A DNA stretch of 64,000 nucleotides from positions 10,345 through 74,344 of the forward strand of contig CAMWKH010000007.1 of NCBI GenBank assembly GCA_947174805.1, read 5' to 3'. Under the pieces are notes generated by a model, which saw only the letters and a list, made by a program, of their open reading frames with translations, ran no database searches and was not told where the DNA came from. Made by a program: the position numbers and the translations under genes. The stretch is from an uncultured Roseburia sp. (lineage in GTDB: Bacteria; Bacillota; Clostridia; Lachnospirales; Lachnospiraceae). Shown here piece after piece: positions 8,138 to 17,242 of the stretch (positions within the stretch are counted from its first letter, which is position 1; each line of letters starts with the position of its first letter).

Positions 8138-11110
8138 ATGAGGATATTTAAAAAAACAGCTTTGGGGGGGACTGCCCTTTGGTCTATTCCTTTTTTCTTT
8201 TTTTGTTTCCTGATTCTATGGGGGATGGTTTTTGGGAGGCAGGAGAAAGTTTTCGCATCGGAGGTAAGAAATCCTTTGTTGGACGGGGGGCGCTCTGCTG
8301 TGCTCTATGACAGCCAGAACGGGGCGGCACCGGCAGAGGCAAATGCCATTGTACAGACTTCCGACGGATTTATCTGGGTGGGGTGTTATCAGGGACTGGC
8401 CAGATATGACGGAAATGATTTTATCTGGGTGGATGCCTCCAGAGGGATTACCAGTGTGGCCAGTTTATGTGTGGACTCATCCGGCAGGCTTTGGGTGGGG
8501 ACAAACGATAACGGGGCCGCATTGTATGAAAACGGTGAATTTTATTTTTTTGACAAAGACATGGGTTTAAAATCCAGTTCCATAAAGGCAATTTCCGAGG
8601 ATGGCAAGGGAAATATCCTTTTGGGCACCACCCAGGGAATTGCGTATATTGACAGAAATATGCAGGTGGGAAAAATTGACGACCCACGGATTAACTCTTC
8701 TTACATAAGCAAACTGGAGCGGGACAGGGAAGGCAATGTATATGGAGTTTCCCTGAGCGGGGATGTTTTTGTCCTGCAGGAGCTTGCCGTGGAAAAACAT
8801 TTTCCCAGAAGGGAAATAGGCAATGAGCTGATTACCAGCATATGTCCCACGGATAAAGAGGAGGGGGATGTGTATCTGGGGACGGAGGATGCGGGGATTC
8901 TGCGGATAAACCTGCTTAGTAAGCACATGGAATATAGGCGGATTTCCACATTTTTCGGCGCTACGGTGAATAAAATGTTTATGATGTCCGACGAGAGCGT
9001 GATTGTGTGCGGGGATTCGGGCATGGGCTACATCAACCGTTACGGCACTTTTGTCCGGGTTTCAGAGCTTCCCATGCAAAACTCCATCGATGATATGATG
9101 GAAGATTATGAGGGGAATTACTGGTTTGTCTCCTCCCGCCAGGGGGTTATGAAACTAGCCAAGAGCAGATTCTGTAACATCAGCCTTCAGTCAGGCTTGG
9201 AATCTATTGTTGTAAACAGTACCTGCAGGTACCGCAATATGGTTTACATTGGCTCTGACAGAGGTTTATATATTGTCAATGACTGGAACAAGAAAATATA
9301 CAATGAGCTTACCCGAATGTTGGAGGGAGTAAAAATCCGCTGTATCAAGGAGGATTCCAAGGGAAACCTGTGGCTGTGCACGTATGGCAGTTTAGGGGTG
9401 GTCTGCTGTTATCCTGACGGGACATACCAGTGCATTTCGGAGAAACAGGGATTAAAATCCGACCATATCCGTACCATACTGGAACTCTCCGGGGGAGATA
9501 TGGCAGTTGCAACCAGCGGAGGCATAAGTATTCTCCGCCAGGGAAAAGTTGTGAAAAACTACGGCGTGGAGGAGGGAATCAGCAATACAGAGATTTTATG
9601 CCTGACAGAGGGGGAGGACGGAATTCTCTACGGCGGAAGTGACGGAGGGGGCATTTATGCCCTTGATTTAAAGCGGGATACAGTGGAGAACATCAACCGG
9701 GACGACGGGCTTACCTCAGATGTGATAATGCGCATTAAAAAGGACGGGAAATACGGAGGGTACTGGGTGATTACAGGGAATTCCATCGCCTATATGAAAA
9801 AGGGAGAAATCCGCACAATCCATTCTTTTCCCTATGCAAATAATTTTGACATTATCTATGATAAGCAGGACCGGGCATGGATTTTAAGCGGTATCGGGAT
9901 TTACTGCGTGGAGTTGGACAAGTTATATAAAGATGAGGTAACCAACTATCATTTTTATGATACCTCTCTGGGTCTGCCCTGCAACATAACCGCAAATTCC
10001 AGGAACCATCTGGAGGAGGACGGAACCTTGTATCTCTCAGGCACTTCCGGCGTGGGCAGTTTAAATATTGATGAGATGGAGAGAGAGGAGACAAAGGTAA
10101 GGCTTGCAGTGCCCTATGTCAGTCTGGACAATGAGATGGTATATTTTCATGACGGGGATTCCATTGAGATACCAAAAGACTGTAAAAGGGTGACTATTTA
10201 CGGGTATGTGCTGAATTATTCTCTGTATAATCCCACGGTGAGCTACTATCTGGAAGGATTTAACGAGAAGCCCCAGATTACAAATAAGACGGCTCTGTCA
10301 CCTATCAGCTACACAAATTTGAAGGGGAAAGATTACACGTTCCACTTGTCGGCATTGGATGGAAATACAGGCGAGACAGTAAATCAGGTGCAAGTTTACC
10401 TCCACAAAGAGAAAATGCTTTATGAAAAACCTGAGTTTATCGTGATTTCTATCGTTGTGGCGCTGCTGGCAGTGGCAGCCATGACTTGGTTTTATGCAAA
10501 AAAGAAAACGGAGGAGCTATTGCGGAAACAGATAGAGAATAAGCTGTTTGAGACCCAGATGATACGGGCCTTCAGCAAGGCTATCGACGTAAAGGACAAA
10601 TATACCAACGGCCATTCCGCAAGGGTGGCGCAGTATTCCCAGATGATTGCCAAACAGCTTGGCTGCAGCCAGGAGCAGATTGAACATGTACATAACATTG
10701 CCCTGCTCCATGATATCGGAAAGATATTTATACCGGACCATATTTTAAATAAGCCTGAGCCTCTCACAGACGAAGAGTTTGAGATTATGAAACAGCACAC
10801 CACTTACGGGTCTGATATATTAAAAGAGATTAAAATATTTCCCGATATGGCACTGGGGGCCGGATATCACCATGAGCGCCTGGACGGAAACGGTTATCCA
10901 AATGAGATAAAGGGAAAAGATATTCCTTTCAGCGTGCGGATTGTGGCAGTGGCGGACAGCTTTGATGCCATGAATTCCGACAGGCCCTACCGGGACAGGA
11001 TGAAAATGGAGGATATTGTCTCGGAGCTTGAGAAAGCGGAGGGCACCCAGCTTGATGCCAATGTGGTGAGGGCGCTGTTAGAGCTAATCCGGACAGGAAA
11101 AATTAAGTAG
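8138..11110 (+). CDS. Extracellular two-component-regulator-type beta-propeller + Y_Y_Y sensor fused to a TM helix and an HD-GYP phosphodiesterase
   Basis: Repeated 'DxxGxLWVGT' blades, YSLYNPTVSYYLEGF...YTNLKGKDYTF Y_Y_Y-like region, TM helix, then HDIGK, HHERLDGNGYP and RPYR. Promoter TTGGAA-17-TATAAT upstream. Confidence 0.88.
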   Translation: MRIFKKTALGGTALWSIPFFFFCFLILWGMVFGRQEKVFASEVRNPLLDGGRSAVLYDSQNGAAPAEANAIVQTSDGFIWVGCYQGLARYDGNDFIWVDASRGITSVASLCVDSSGRLWVGTNDNGAALYENGEFYFFDKDMGLKSSSIKAISEDGKGNILLGTTQGIAYIDRNMQVGKIDDPRINSSYISKLERDREGNVYGVSLSGDVFVLQELAVEKHFPRREIGNELITSICPTDKEEGDVYLGTEDAGILRINLLSKHMEYRRISTFFGATVNKMFMMSDESVIVCGDSGMGYINRYGTFVRVSELPMQNSIDDMMEDYEGNYWFVSSRQGVMKLAKSRFCNISLQSGLESIVVNSTCRYRNMVYIGSDRGLYIVNDWNKKIYNELTRMLEGVKIRCIKEDSKGNLWLCTYGSLGVVCCYPDGTYQCISEKQGLKSDHIRTILELSGGDMAVATSGGISILRQGKVVKNYGVEEGISNTEILCLTEGEDGILYGGSDGGGIYALDLKRDTVENINRDDGLTSDVIMRIKKDGKYGGYWVITGNSIAYMKKGEIRTIHSFPYANNFDIIYDKQDRAWILSGIGIYCVELDKLYKDEVTNYHFYDTSLGLPCNITANSRNHLEEDGTLYLSGTSGVGSLNIDEMEREETKVRLAVPYVSLDNEMVYFHDGDSIEIPKDCKRVTIYGYVLNYSLYNPTVSYYLEGFNEKPQITNKTALSPISYTNLKGKDYTFHLSALDGNTGETVNQVQVYLHKEKMLYEKPEFIVISIVVALLAVAAMTWFYAKKKTEELLRKQIENKLFETQMIRAFSKAIDVKDKYTNGHSARVAQYSQMIAKQLGCSQEQIEHVHNIALLHDIGKIFIPDHILNKPEPLTDEEFEIMKQHTTYGSDILKEIKIFPDMALGAGYHHERLDGNGYPNEIKGKDIPFSVRIVAVADSFDAMNSDRPYRDRMKMEDIVSELEKAEGTQLDANVVRALLELIRTGKIK

Positions 11111-11194
11111 CAGAAATTGTTTTTATCTTGCAGGAATCATTTGATGACGGTATAATGGATTCATAGGCGTTGGCATATGAAGTGAGGTGAACCT

Positions 11195-11848
11195 ATGGGA
11201 AAAGACACTGCATTTTTTGTCCTGGGATTCTGTTGTGTCATACTTTTATCCGGCTGCGGGAAGAGCCAGGAGCATCCCATCTCCAAAGTGATACTGGAGG
11301 GGCAGTACGGGGTGGAAGGCGTGGAAAATATTATTTTTACTTTTTATAAAGACAGCACTCTGAAAGTGGAGCAGTCAGGCATCTATGAGTTTGGAAAAAA
11401 CAGCCAGGGGAAAAATATACTGAAAATATGTTTTGATGATATCACCAGGGAACTTCCGGAGGATTATAATTTTACGGAGTATCTTGTGGACTGGGACAGA
11501 AGGTATGTGTATCTTACTTTGGATGTGGAGCCGGCAGGGGATTCGGAGCAGGAAGAGAAGCCAAAACCCATGGCCCTTCGTCTCTTAAAGGGCACGGAGG
11601 GAATTTCCAAAGGAGAGCCTTTCTCCGGAACTTATCAAATCGGGGGAGAGGGGAGCGATTACCAGTATATTTTTTCTAAGGACGGAAGGGTTTTGATGGA
11701 GATTTACGAGTATTATTATATTGAGGAGGAAAAGCTTACATTGTCGGATTCCTCCGGAAGCACGGACTATACATGTGTACTGTCGGAAAATCAAATTAAG
11801 ATTAACAATCTTTTAGGGGAGAATATTCTTTCCCTCATAAAAAAATAG
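11195..11848 (+). CDS. Hypothetical lipoprotein
   Basis: Signal peptide with LLSGC lipobox; promoter TTGCAG-17-TATAAT upstream. Confidence 0.75.
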   Translation: MGKDTAFFVLGFCCVILLSGCGKSQEHPISKVILEGQYGVEGVENIIFTFYKDSTLKVEQSGIYEFGKNSQGKNILKICFDDITRELPEDYNFTEYLVDWDRRYVYLTLDVEPAGDSEQEEKPKPMALRLLKGTEGISKGEPFSGTYQIGGEGSDYQYIFSKDGRVLMEIYEYYYIEEEKLTLSDSSGSTDYTCVLSENQIKINNLLGENILSLIKK

Positions 11849-11872
11849 AGGAAATACACAGAAAGGACAGAA

Positions 11873-12568
11873 GTGATGATTGGGATAATTGGAGCTATGG
11901 ATCAGGAAGTTGCCAAGTTAAAAGAGATGATGGAGGATGTGAAGGTTACAAATAAGGCATCCAGAGAGTTTTTTGAAGGGAAACTAAACGGGACAGAGGT
12001 GGTGGTAGTCCAGGCGGGAGTGGGAAAAGTAAACGCAGCCTGCTGCACCCAGACATTGATTGATGCCTTTCCTGTAAGCTGTGTGATTAATACGGGAATT
12101 GCAGGAGGCCTTCTGGCAGACATCAATATCGGGGATGTGGTTTTGGCCACAGATGCCGTGGAGCACGATATGGACGCCGCAGTGTTCGGATACGCTCCCG
12201 GGCAGGTTCCAAGCATGGATACCTTTTCTTTTCCTGCGGACGAGCATTTACGCCAGGTGGCAAAAGAGAGCTGCCAAAAGGTAAATCCCGATATTTCCGT
12301 GTATGAGGGAAGGGTTGTAACAGGAGACCAGTTTATATCAGATAAAGAGAAAAAGAAATGGCTTGTGGATACCTTCGGGGGATACTGTACGGAAATGGAG
12401 GGAGGCGCCATCGCCCATGCGGCCTATCTGAATAAAGTGCCTTACCTTATTGTCCGGGCAATTTCCGACAAAGCGGATGACAGCGCCCAGATGGATTATC
12501 CCACATTTGAAAAAGCAGCAATTGAACATTCTGTTCGGTTAATTGCAGAAATGGCAGGTAGATTATAA
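11873..12568 (+). CDS. mtnN: 5'-methylthioadenosine/S-adenosylhomocysteine nucleosidase (Pfs)
   Basis: IGIIGAMDQEV, GVGKVNAA, VTGDQF, EMEGGAIA, RAISDKAD. Confidence 0.96.
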   Translation: MMIGIIGAMDQEVAKLKEMMEDVKVTNKASREFFEGKLNGTEVVVVQAGVGKVNAACCTQTLIDAFPVSCVINTGIAGGLLADINIGDVVLATDAVEHDMDAAVFGYAPGQVPSMDTFSFPADEHLRQVAKESCQKVNPDISVYEGRVVTGDQFISDKEKKKWLVDTFGGYCTEMEGGAIAHAAYLNKVPYLIVRAISDKADDSAQMDYPTFEKAAIEHSVRLIAEMAGRL

Positions 12569-13047
12569 TGGAAAAAATAGCAAGTTTTACAGTAAATCAC
12601 TTAACTCTTTTGCCGGGAGTCTATGTATCCAGAAAGGACCATGTGGGAACAGAGACTCTCACCACATTTGATATCCGCATGACGCGCCCCAATTTTGAAC
12701 CTGTGATGAATACGGCGGAAGTCCATACCATAGAGCATTTGGGGGCGACTTTTTTAAGAAATCACAAGGAGTATGGGGATAAGACGGTATATTTCGGGCC
12801 CATGGGGTGCCGCACAGGCTTTTATCTCATACTGGCAGGGGATTATAAGTCAGAGGACATTATGGAATTGATAAAAGAATTGTTTGCATTTATGCGGGAT
12901 TTTAAAGATGAAGTTCCCGGGGCAGCGGAAAGGGACTGTGGGAATTACCTCGACATGAATCTTCCCATGGCAAATTATCTGGCGGGGAAGTTTTATGAGG
13001 AAGTGCTTATGCATATTACAAAAGAACGCCTGGAGTATCAGGAATAG
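12568..13047 (+). CDS. luxS: S-ribosylhomocysteine lyase (AI-2 synthase)
   Basis: SFTVNH, HTIEHL (HxxEH), GPMGCRTGFY, CGNY; start overlaps the mtnN stop. Confidence 0.97.
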   Translation: MEKIASFTVNHLTLLPGVYVSRKDHVGTETLTTFDIRMTRPNFEPVMNTAEVHTIEHLGATFLRNHKEYGDKTVYFGPMGCRTGFYLILAGDYKSEDIMELIKELFAFMRDFKDEVPGAAERDCGNYLDMNLPMANYLAGKFYEEVLMHITKERLEYQE

Positions 13048-13055
13048 GAGGAACG

Positions 13056-13361
13056 ATGGCAGAGGATAACAGTTTTGGGAAATCCCATGCCCATAAACAT
13101 TCCCATACTCACACAAAGGAGGTGCAAAACCGTCTGGCAAAGGCCGCCGGGCATTTAAACAAAGTCCGTTCCATGGTGGAGAATGGGGAGGACTGCAGTG
13201 AAGTTCTGGTTCAGCTTGCGGCGGTGAAGGCGGCTTTAAACAACACAGGGAAAATTATTTTAAAAGACCATATTGAACACTGTATCGTTCATGCGGTGGA
13301 GGAGGGGGATGCCAGAAAAATCCAGGAACTAAATGAAGCTATCGATAAGTTCATGAAATAG
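13056..13361 (+). CDS. CsoR/RcnR/InrS family metal-sensing repressor with a His-rich N-terminus
   Basis: RLAKAAGHLNKVRSMVENGEDCSEVLVQLAAV and HIEHC; N-terminal HAHKHSHTH. Confidence 0.9.
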   Translation: MAEDNSFGKSHAHKHSHTHTKEVQNRLAKAAGHLNKVRSMVENGEDCSEVLVQLAAVKAALNNTGKIILKDHIEHCIVHAVEEGDARKIQELNEAIDKFMK

Positions 13362-13374
13362 GAAAGGTAAGCGG

Positions 13375-13890
13375 ATGGTTAAAAAAAGGGAGATTACAGA
13401 CATTTTTGATGCCAACTGTAAGAGAACCGGCAAAACCTTAGTACGGGGGGAAAAGCCTAAGGAGGGGGAATACCTGATGGCTGCGGCTGCTATTGTGCGG
13501 GTGAAGGAGTCTTACCTTGTAACAAAACGCAGTCCGAGAAAAAGTATGGGCGGAAAATGGGAATTTCCGGGGGGAGGTTCAAGAACCGGGGAAGAGCCCA
13601 TTCAGACGCTGCGCAGAGAATTAGAGGAGGAAACGGGAATCGTAGTTTATTCCCGTCAGGCCACATTTTTAAGACAAGTGTACTATGAAAAGTTTCATTT
13701 GCTTATGCAGGTGTTTCTGGTGGAATCAGATGCCAGAAGGGAAGATTTGAAGCTGCAGGAGGAAGAGGTCTCCGATGCGATGTTTGTAAACCAACAGGGG
13801 CTGAAACAGCTGTATTCTTATATGACTGATATTGACCAGCAGATTTATACGGAGGCAGTCAGTCCGCTGCTGTTTGCAGGCTCACAGTGA
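13375..13890 (+). CDS. NUDIX hydrolase
   Basis: Nudix box GGSRTGEEPIQTLRRELEEETG. Confidence 0.9.
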   Translation: MVKKREITDIFDANCKRTGKTLVRGEKPKEGEYLMAAAAIVRVKESYLVTKRSPRKSMGGKWEFPGGGSRTGEEPIQTLRRELEEETGIVVYSRQATFLRQVYYEKFHLLMQVFLVESDARREDLKLQEEEVSDAMFVNQQGLKQLYSYMTDIDQQIYTEAVSPLLFAGSQ

Positions 13891-13958
13891 CGGACTGCAG
13901 CGTAGTTTGTAAAGCAGTCAGTCTATATTTATGTGTACATAGGGAATAGGAGGCAGAA

Positions 13959-14345
13959 ATGTTGACAGAAGGAATTTTGGGAAAACAAGAAATGACAGTT
14001 ACACAGAAGGAAACGGCGGAGGTGTTAAAGAGCGGGACGCTTCCGGTGTTTGCAACTCCGGCTATGATTGCCCTGATTGAGGAGACGGCGTGGAAAAGCG
14101 TGGCTCCTGAGTTGGAGGAGGGGTGTGCCACAGTGGGCACCAGTTTAAATATCAAACATGTGTCCGCCACTCCGGTGGGGATGAAAGTATCCTGCGTCAC
14201 CAGGCTGATTGAGGTTGAGGGCAGAAGGCTTATGTTTGATGTGGAGGTTTCAGATGAGAAAGGCAAAGTGGGGACGGGAACGCATGAACGCTTTATCATT
14301 CAGTCTGACAAGTTCCAGCAGAAAGCAGACGACAAATTAAAATGA
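13959..14345 (+). CDS. Hotdog-fold thioesterase (FlK/fluoroacetyl-CoA thioesterase-like)
   Basis: VFATPAMIALIE, TVGTSLNIKHVSATPVG, GTHERFII. Confidence 0.9.
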   Translation: MLTEGILGKQEMTVTQKETAEVLKSGTLPVFATPAMIALIEETAWKSVAPELEEGCATVGTSLNIKHVSATPVGMKVSCVTRLIEVEGRRLMFDVEVSDEKGKVGTGTHERFIIQSDKFQQKADDKLK

Positions 14346-14362
14346 TGGGAGCCATACAAAAA

Positions 14363-14402
14363 TAAACCGGATTCTTCTCTGTTTCAGAGAAAATCCGGTT
14401 TT
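14363..14402. terminator. Bidirectional intrinsic terminator
   Basis: AAACCGGATT(C)TTCTCTG-TTT-CAGAGAA-AATCCGGTTT between convergent genes. Confidence 0.85.
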
Positions 14403-14407
14403 ATTAA

Positions 14408-15364
14408 TTAGCTTGTCTTTTCTTTTTCCTGCTCTAACAAATCCATAATCCGCTGTATTTCCGCTCCCTCCACCGGCGCTTCCTCGAAAGTGTAGTGTTT
14501 GCCGTCAGGGCCGATTGCTCCTAAATTGCGTTCCCCTTTCTCCTTACCCCGCTCAATGGTGAAGTAGTGAATTTGTTTTTCGTTTTTGGGATTCAGGGTG
14601 ATATAAATGCGGTAGCACAACTGTGCCGGTGCTTTTACCTCCGGCAAATCCAGCCGGATTAGCAGCAGTTCCTCATTGATATTTAAGGGCATCACCTCAA
14701 AGTCGCTTTCCCGGAAGGGATAAAGTCCGGGATTTTGGAAAGCTTTCTGGTAAATTTCATTTACCAGGGGTTCCTTCTCATCAGAGAGCTGGTGAATAAA
14801 GGGCGCTCCCTCCTGAAACACCCGGAGGGGTAGGTCGTGGAACTCCGCTTTCTGGCGCATCATAATGTGATACTGCTGAGGGGAAACCTTCATCTGTTTG
14901 GCCCCTGCCGCCTTCGTCTCGTAATCTTTGCTGATGGCCTCTAAGATTTGTCTGTTAAACAGAAGGTTGTCAGAAAAGGGGTTTAAGGCAACTCCCTCGC
15001 AGGGTGCTTTTGCATTTAAGGCCATTTTCAGGCACGCCATAAAGGGCAGGGTCATAATAAAGTCAAATTTTGGCTCCTTTGGAATCTGGCCCTGGCTGCT
15101 GTAAACGGGGATAAATACTTTTCCCTCCGGACTTTTTAACACACAGGGAATGGGGCTGACCCCCTCGGGAAGCTGTACTTTCTCATTGGGGTTGTCCTTT
15201 ACTTCCTGTTTTAAAGCCTCTTTGTCGATGGAGTCCGGCAGGTTAGCAGGAACAAGAAAAATGGTTTTCTGCACCTGGTGTACCAGTGCATTTAGATTCT
15301 CTTTTGCAGGGTCTTCCTTGTATATCTGTATTAACTGTTCTGTTTTCTGTGCTTCTTTATTCAT
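14408..15364 (-). CDS. SseB family protein (SseB N- and C-terminal domains)
   Basis: FLVPA...VFIPVYSSQGQIP...GVALNPFSDN pattern; C-terminal IHYFTIERG...H motif. Confidence 0.7.
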   Translation of the reverse strand: MNKEAQKTEQLIQIYKEDPAKENLNALVHQVQKTIFLVPANLPDSIDKEALKQEVKDNPNEKVQLPEGVSPIPCVLKSPEGKVFIPVYSSQGQIPKEPKFDFIMTLPFMACLKMALNAKAPCEGVALNPFSDNLLFNRQILEAISKDYETKAAGAKQMKVSPQQYHIMMRQKAEFHDLPLRVFQEGAPFIHQLSDEKEPLVNEIYQKAFQNPGLYPFRESDFEVMPLNINEELLLIRLDLPEVKAPAQLCYRIYITLNPKNEKQIHYFTIERGKEKGERNLGAIGPDGKHYTFEEAPVEGAEIQRIMDLLEQEKEKTS

Positions 15365-15419
15365 GGTACGCTCCGTAAACTTTTATAGTATTTAAAGTAT
15401 ACCACAACGCCGGGAAAAA

Positions 15420-16094
15420 CTAAACTGTTTTTTCGATAAAATCCAGCACTTCCTCCAAAGATTTTCCTCCCATCAAGGTGTGGACGCCGTTTATCACTGT
15501 CATTGGCACCCGCTCAATGTGGTACTTTTTCACATAGTCGGGGAAGAGATTGGCATCCACCATCTGGGCACGGATGCTGGGATTTAAAGATGCCATCCTC
15601 TGGCAGGAAATCACTGTCTGCGCGCAGTGGTGGCAGGCAAGGGAGACAAATACCTGAATATTTACGGGTTTGTCTACCGCCTGGGTGCGGGATTTTATTT
15701 TATCCTCCAAAGGCTGTCCGGCTCCTGCGGTATTGTACAGGGCCATCACCAGGGAGTTTAACTCTTTACCTCCCGGCACACCCAGAAAACTCTGTCCGGT
15801 ATAAACATGGCCGTCCCTGTAAATGCCCGCAATGGGGAGGCGGCTGTCATCCAAAAGTTCTTTTTCCAGGGCAGGGTTTTCCCCCGGCTCGTAGAGTTCC
15901 ACGTGTATTTTTTCGCTCAGACGTTCCATATCTTTTAACAGGGATGCCAGCTCCACACATTTGTCATTTTTTATATCAACAATGGACAAAAGCCATACAT
16001 CCTGCTCTAATTTTGAGAACACATCCCCAAGCTGTTTTCTCATTTCCTCATCCAGAAGGGGGGATACTTCCGGTATTTTATCCGGGGCCATCAT
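15420..16094 (-). CDS. Double thioredoxin-fold disulfide oxidoreductase resembling the AhpF N-terminal domain (no flavoprotein domain)
   Basis: FLGVPGGKELNSLVMALYNTAG and VFVSLACHHC CxxC; 224 aa only; overlaps the ahpC stop. Confidence 0.85.
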   Translation of the reverse strand: MMAPDKIPEVSPLLDEEMRKQLGDVFSKLEQDVWLLSIVDIKNDKCVELASLLKDMERLSEKIHVELYEPGENPALEKELLDDSRLPIAGIYRDGHVYTGQSFLGVPGGKELNSLVMALYNTAGAGQPLEDKIKSRTQAVDKPVNIQVFVSLACHHCAQTVISCQRMASLNPSIRAQMVDANLFPDYVKKYHIERVPMTVINGVHTLMGGKSLEEVLDFIEKTV

Positions 16095-16657
16095 AACATA
16101 CCTACCAAATCAAGGCTGGGTTTTAATGTCTCCGCTCCGGGCTGCCATTTTGCCGGGCAGACTTCATCCCCGTGCTCCGCTACAAACTGGGCTGCCTGGA
16201 GTTTCCGCAAAAGCTCCGATGCGTTTCTGCCGATGCCCAGATTGTGGATTTCGTAGGCCTGGATCACTCCCTGGGTGTCTGCGATAAATGTGCCTCTTAG
16301 AGCCTGTCCCTCCTCCGGCAGCAGCACTCCGAACTGTTTTGACAGTTTCCATGCACAATCGCTTAACATGGGATAGCAGATTTTCTTTATGGTGTCAGAT
16401 GCGTCCGCCCATGCTTTGTGGACAAAATGGCTGTCCGTGGACACGGAATAAATTTCACATCCCAGTTTTTGAAATTCTTCGTAATGGTCTGCCAAATCCC
16501 CTAACTCCGTGGGGCATACAAAGGTAAAATCTGCCGGGTAAAAGAAGAAAATGCTCCATTTCCCTAAAAGGTTCTTTTCTGTAATTTCTTTAAATTCTCC
16601 GTTGTGGAAAGCCTGTACACAAAAAGGCTCCACTTTTTTTCCAATAAAATGTTCCAT
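16091..16657 (-). CDS. ahpC: Alkyl hydroperoxide reductase C (2-Cys peroxiredoxin)
   Basis: FYPADFTFVCPTE and EVCPAKW; promoter TTGCAG-17-TAAAAT on the minus strand at 16693-16721. Confidence 0.97.
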   Translation of the reverse strand: MEHFIGKKVEPFCVQAFHNGEFKEITEKNLLGKWSIFFFYPADFTFVCPTELGDLADHYEEFQKLGCEIYSVSTDSHFVHKAWADASDTIKKICYPMLSDCAWKLSKQFGVLLPEEGQALRGTFIADTQGVIQAYEIHNLGIGRNASELLRKLQAAQFVAEHGDEVCPAKWQPGAETLKPSLDLVGML

Positions 16658-16812
16658 ATAAGAAGTACCTCACTTTCTTGTTTGATACTCCTATTTTAAA
16701 TTTAGAGCCGGGACACTGCAAGAAAAAAATGAAAAAAATCCAAATTATTTGTACAATTTTTCCCAACTGTCAAAAATTCCCTGCTTTTCGGGGCTTTCCA
16801 CATTTTCACTTA

Positions 16813-16841
16813 TTGTAATTTGTAATTTTACAGGATATAAT
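16813..16841 (+). promoter_or_regulatory. SigA-type promoter of the repeat-peptide gene
   Basis: TTGTAA (16813-18), 17 bp, TATAAT (16836-41). Confidence 0.7.
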
Positions 16842-16896
16842 AAAGTTGCATCTGAAAATGCTTTATCAATGAATGGAAAACAGGAGGGATTTTATT

Positions 16897-17085
16897 ATGG
16901 ATGATAAGAAATTGGGAATTGATAACATGAACGGGGATACTGACAACGAAGAAAAGACCTGCGGGTTAAACGACATGAACTGCCTCGGGGGAGATCAGCC
17001 TTCCCATGGACTTAACAATATGAACGGAGATACAAACAACGAGGATAAGACCTGTGGGTTAAATGACATGAACTGTGTAGAGTAA
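16897..17085 (+). CDS. Orphan 62-aa acidic peptide with a duplicated Cys/Asn/Asp/Met-rich unit
   Basis: RBS AGGAGG before ATG 16897; two 23-aa copies (19/23 identical) at a 93-nt period; own promoter and terminator. Confidence 0.85.
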   Translation: MDDKKLGIDNMNGDTDNEEKTCGLNDMNCLGGDQPSHGLNNMNGDTNNEDKTCGLNDMNCVE

Positions 17086-17168
17086 CCGTTGTTCCTGCGG
17101 GGGGTCAATGCCTGTATTTTTGCAGCGGGATTGGCCATTTGAAACTTTAACTTAGCCCCCTTACACTT

Positions 17169-17203
17169 AGGCGGACATCGTTTTTTTAGATGTTCGCCTT
17201 TTT
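17169..17203 (+). terminator. Intrinsic terminator after the repeat-peptide gene
   Basis: AGGCGGACATC...GATGTTCGCCT stem followed by TTTT. Confidence 0.8.
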
Positions 17204-17242
17204 CTTTGCAATTTTTTTCACATTTTTTACATTTTGTGCAAT

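Noticed and set aside
16915-17076. 93-nt-period repeat as a CRISPR or other non-coding array
   Set aside because: Only two copies, in frame, differing mostly at synonymous positions, so it is a coding repeat.
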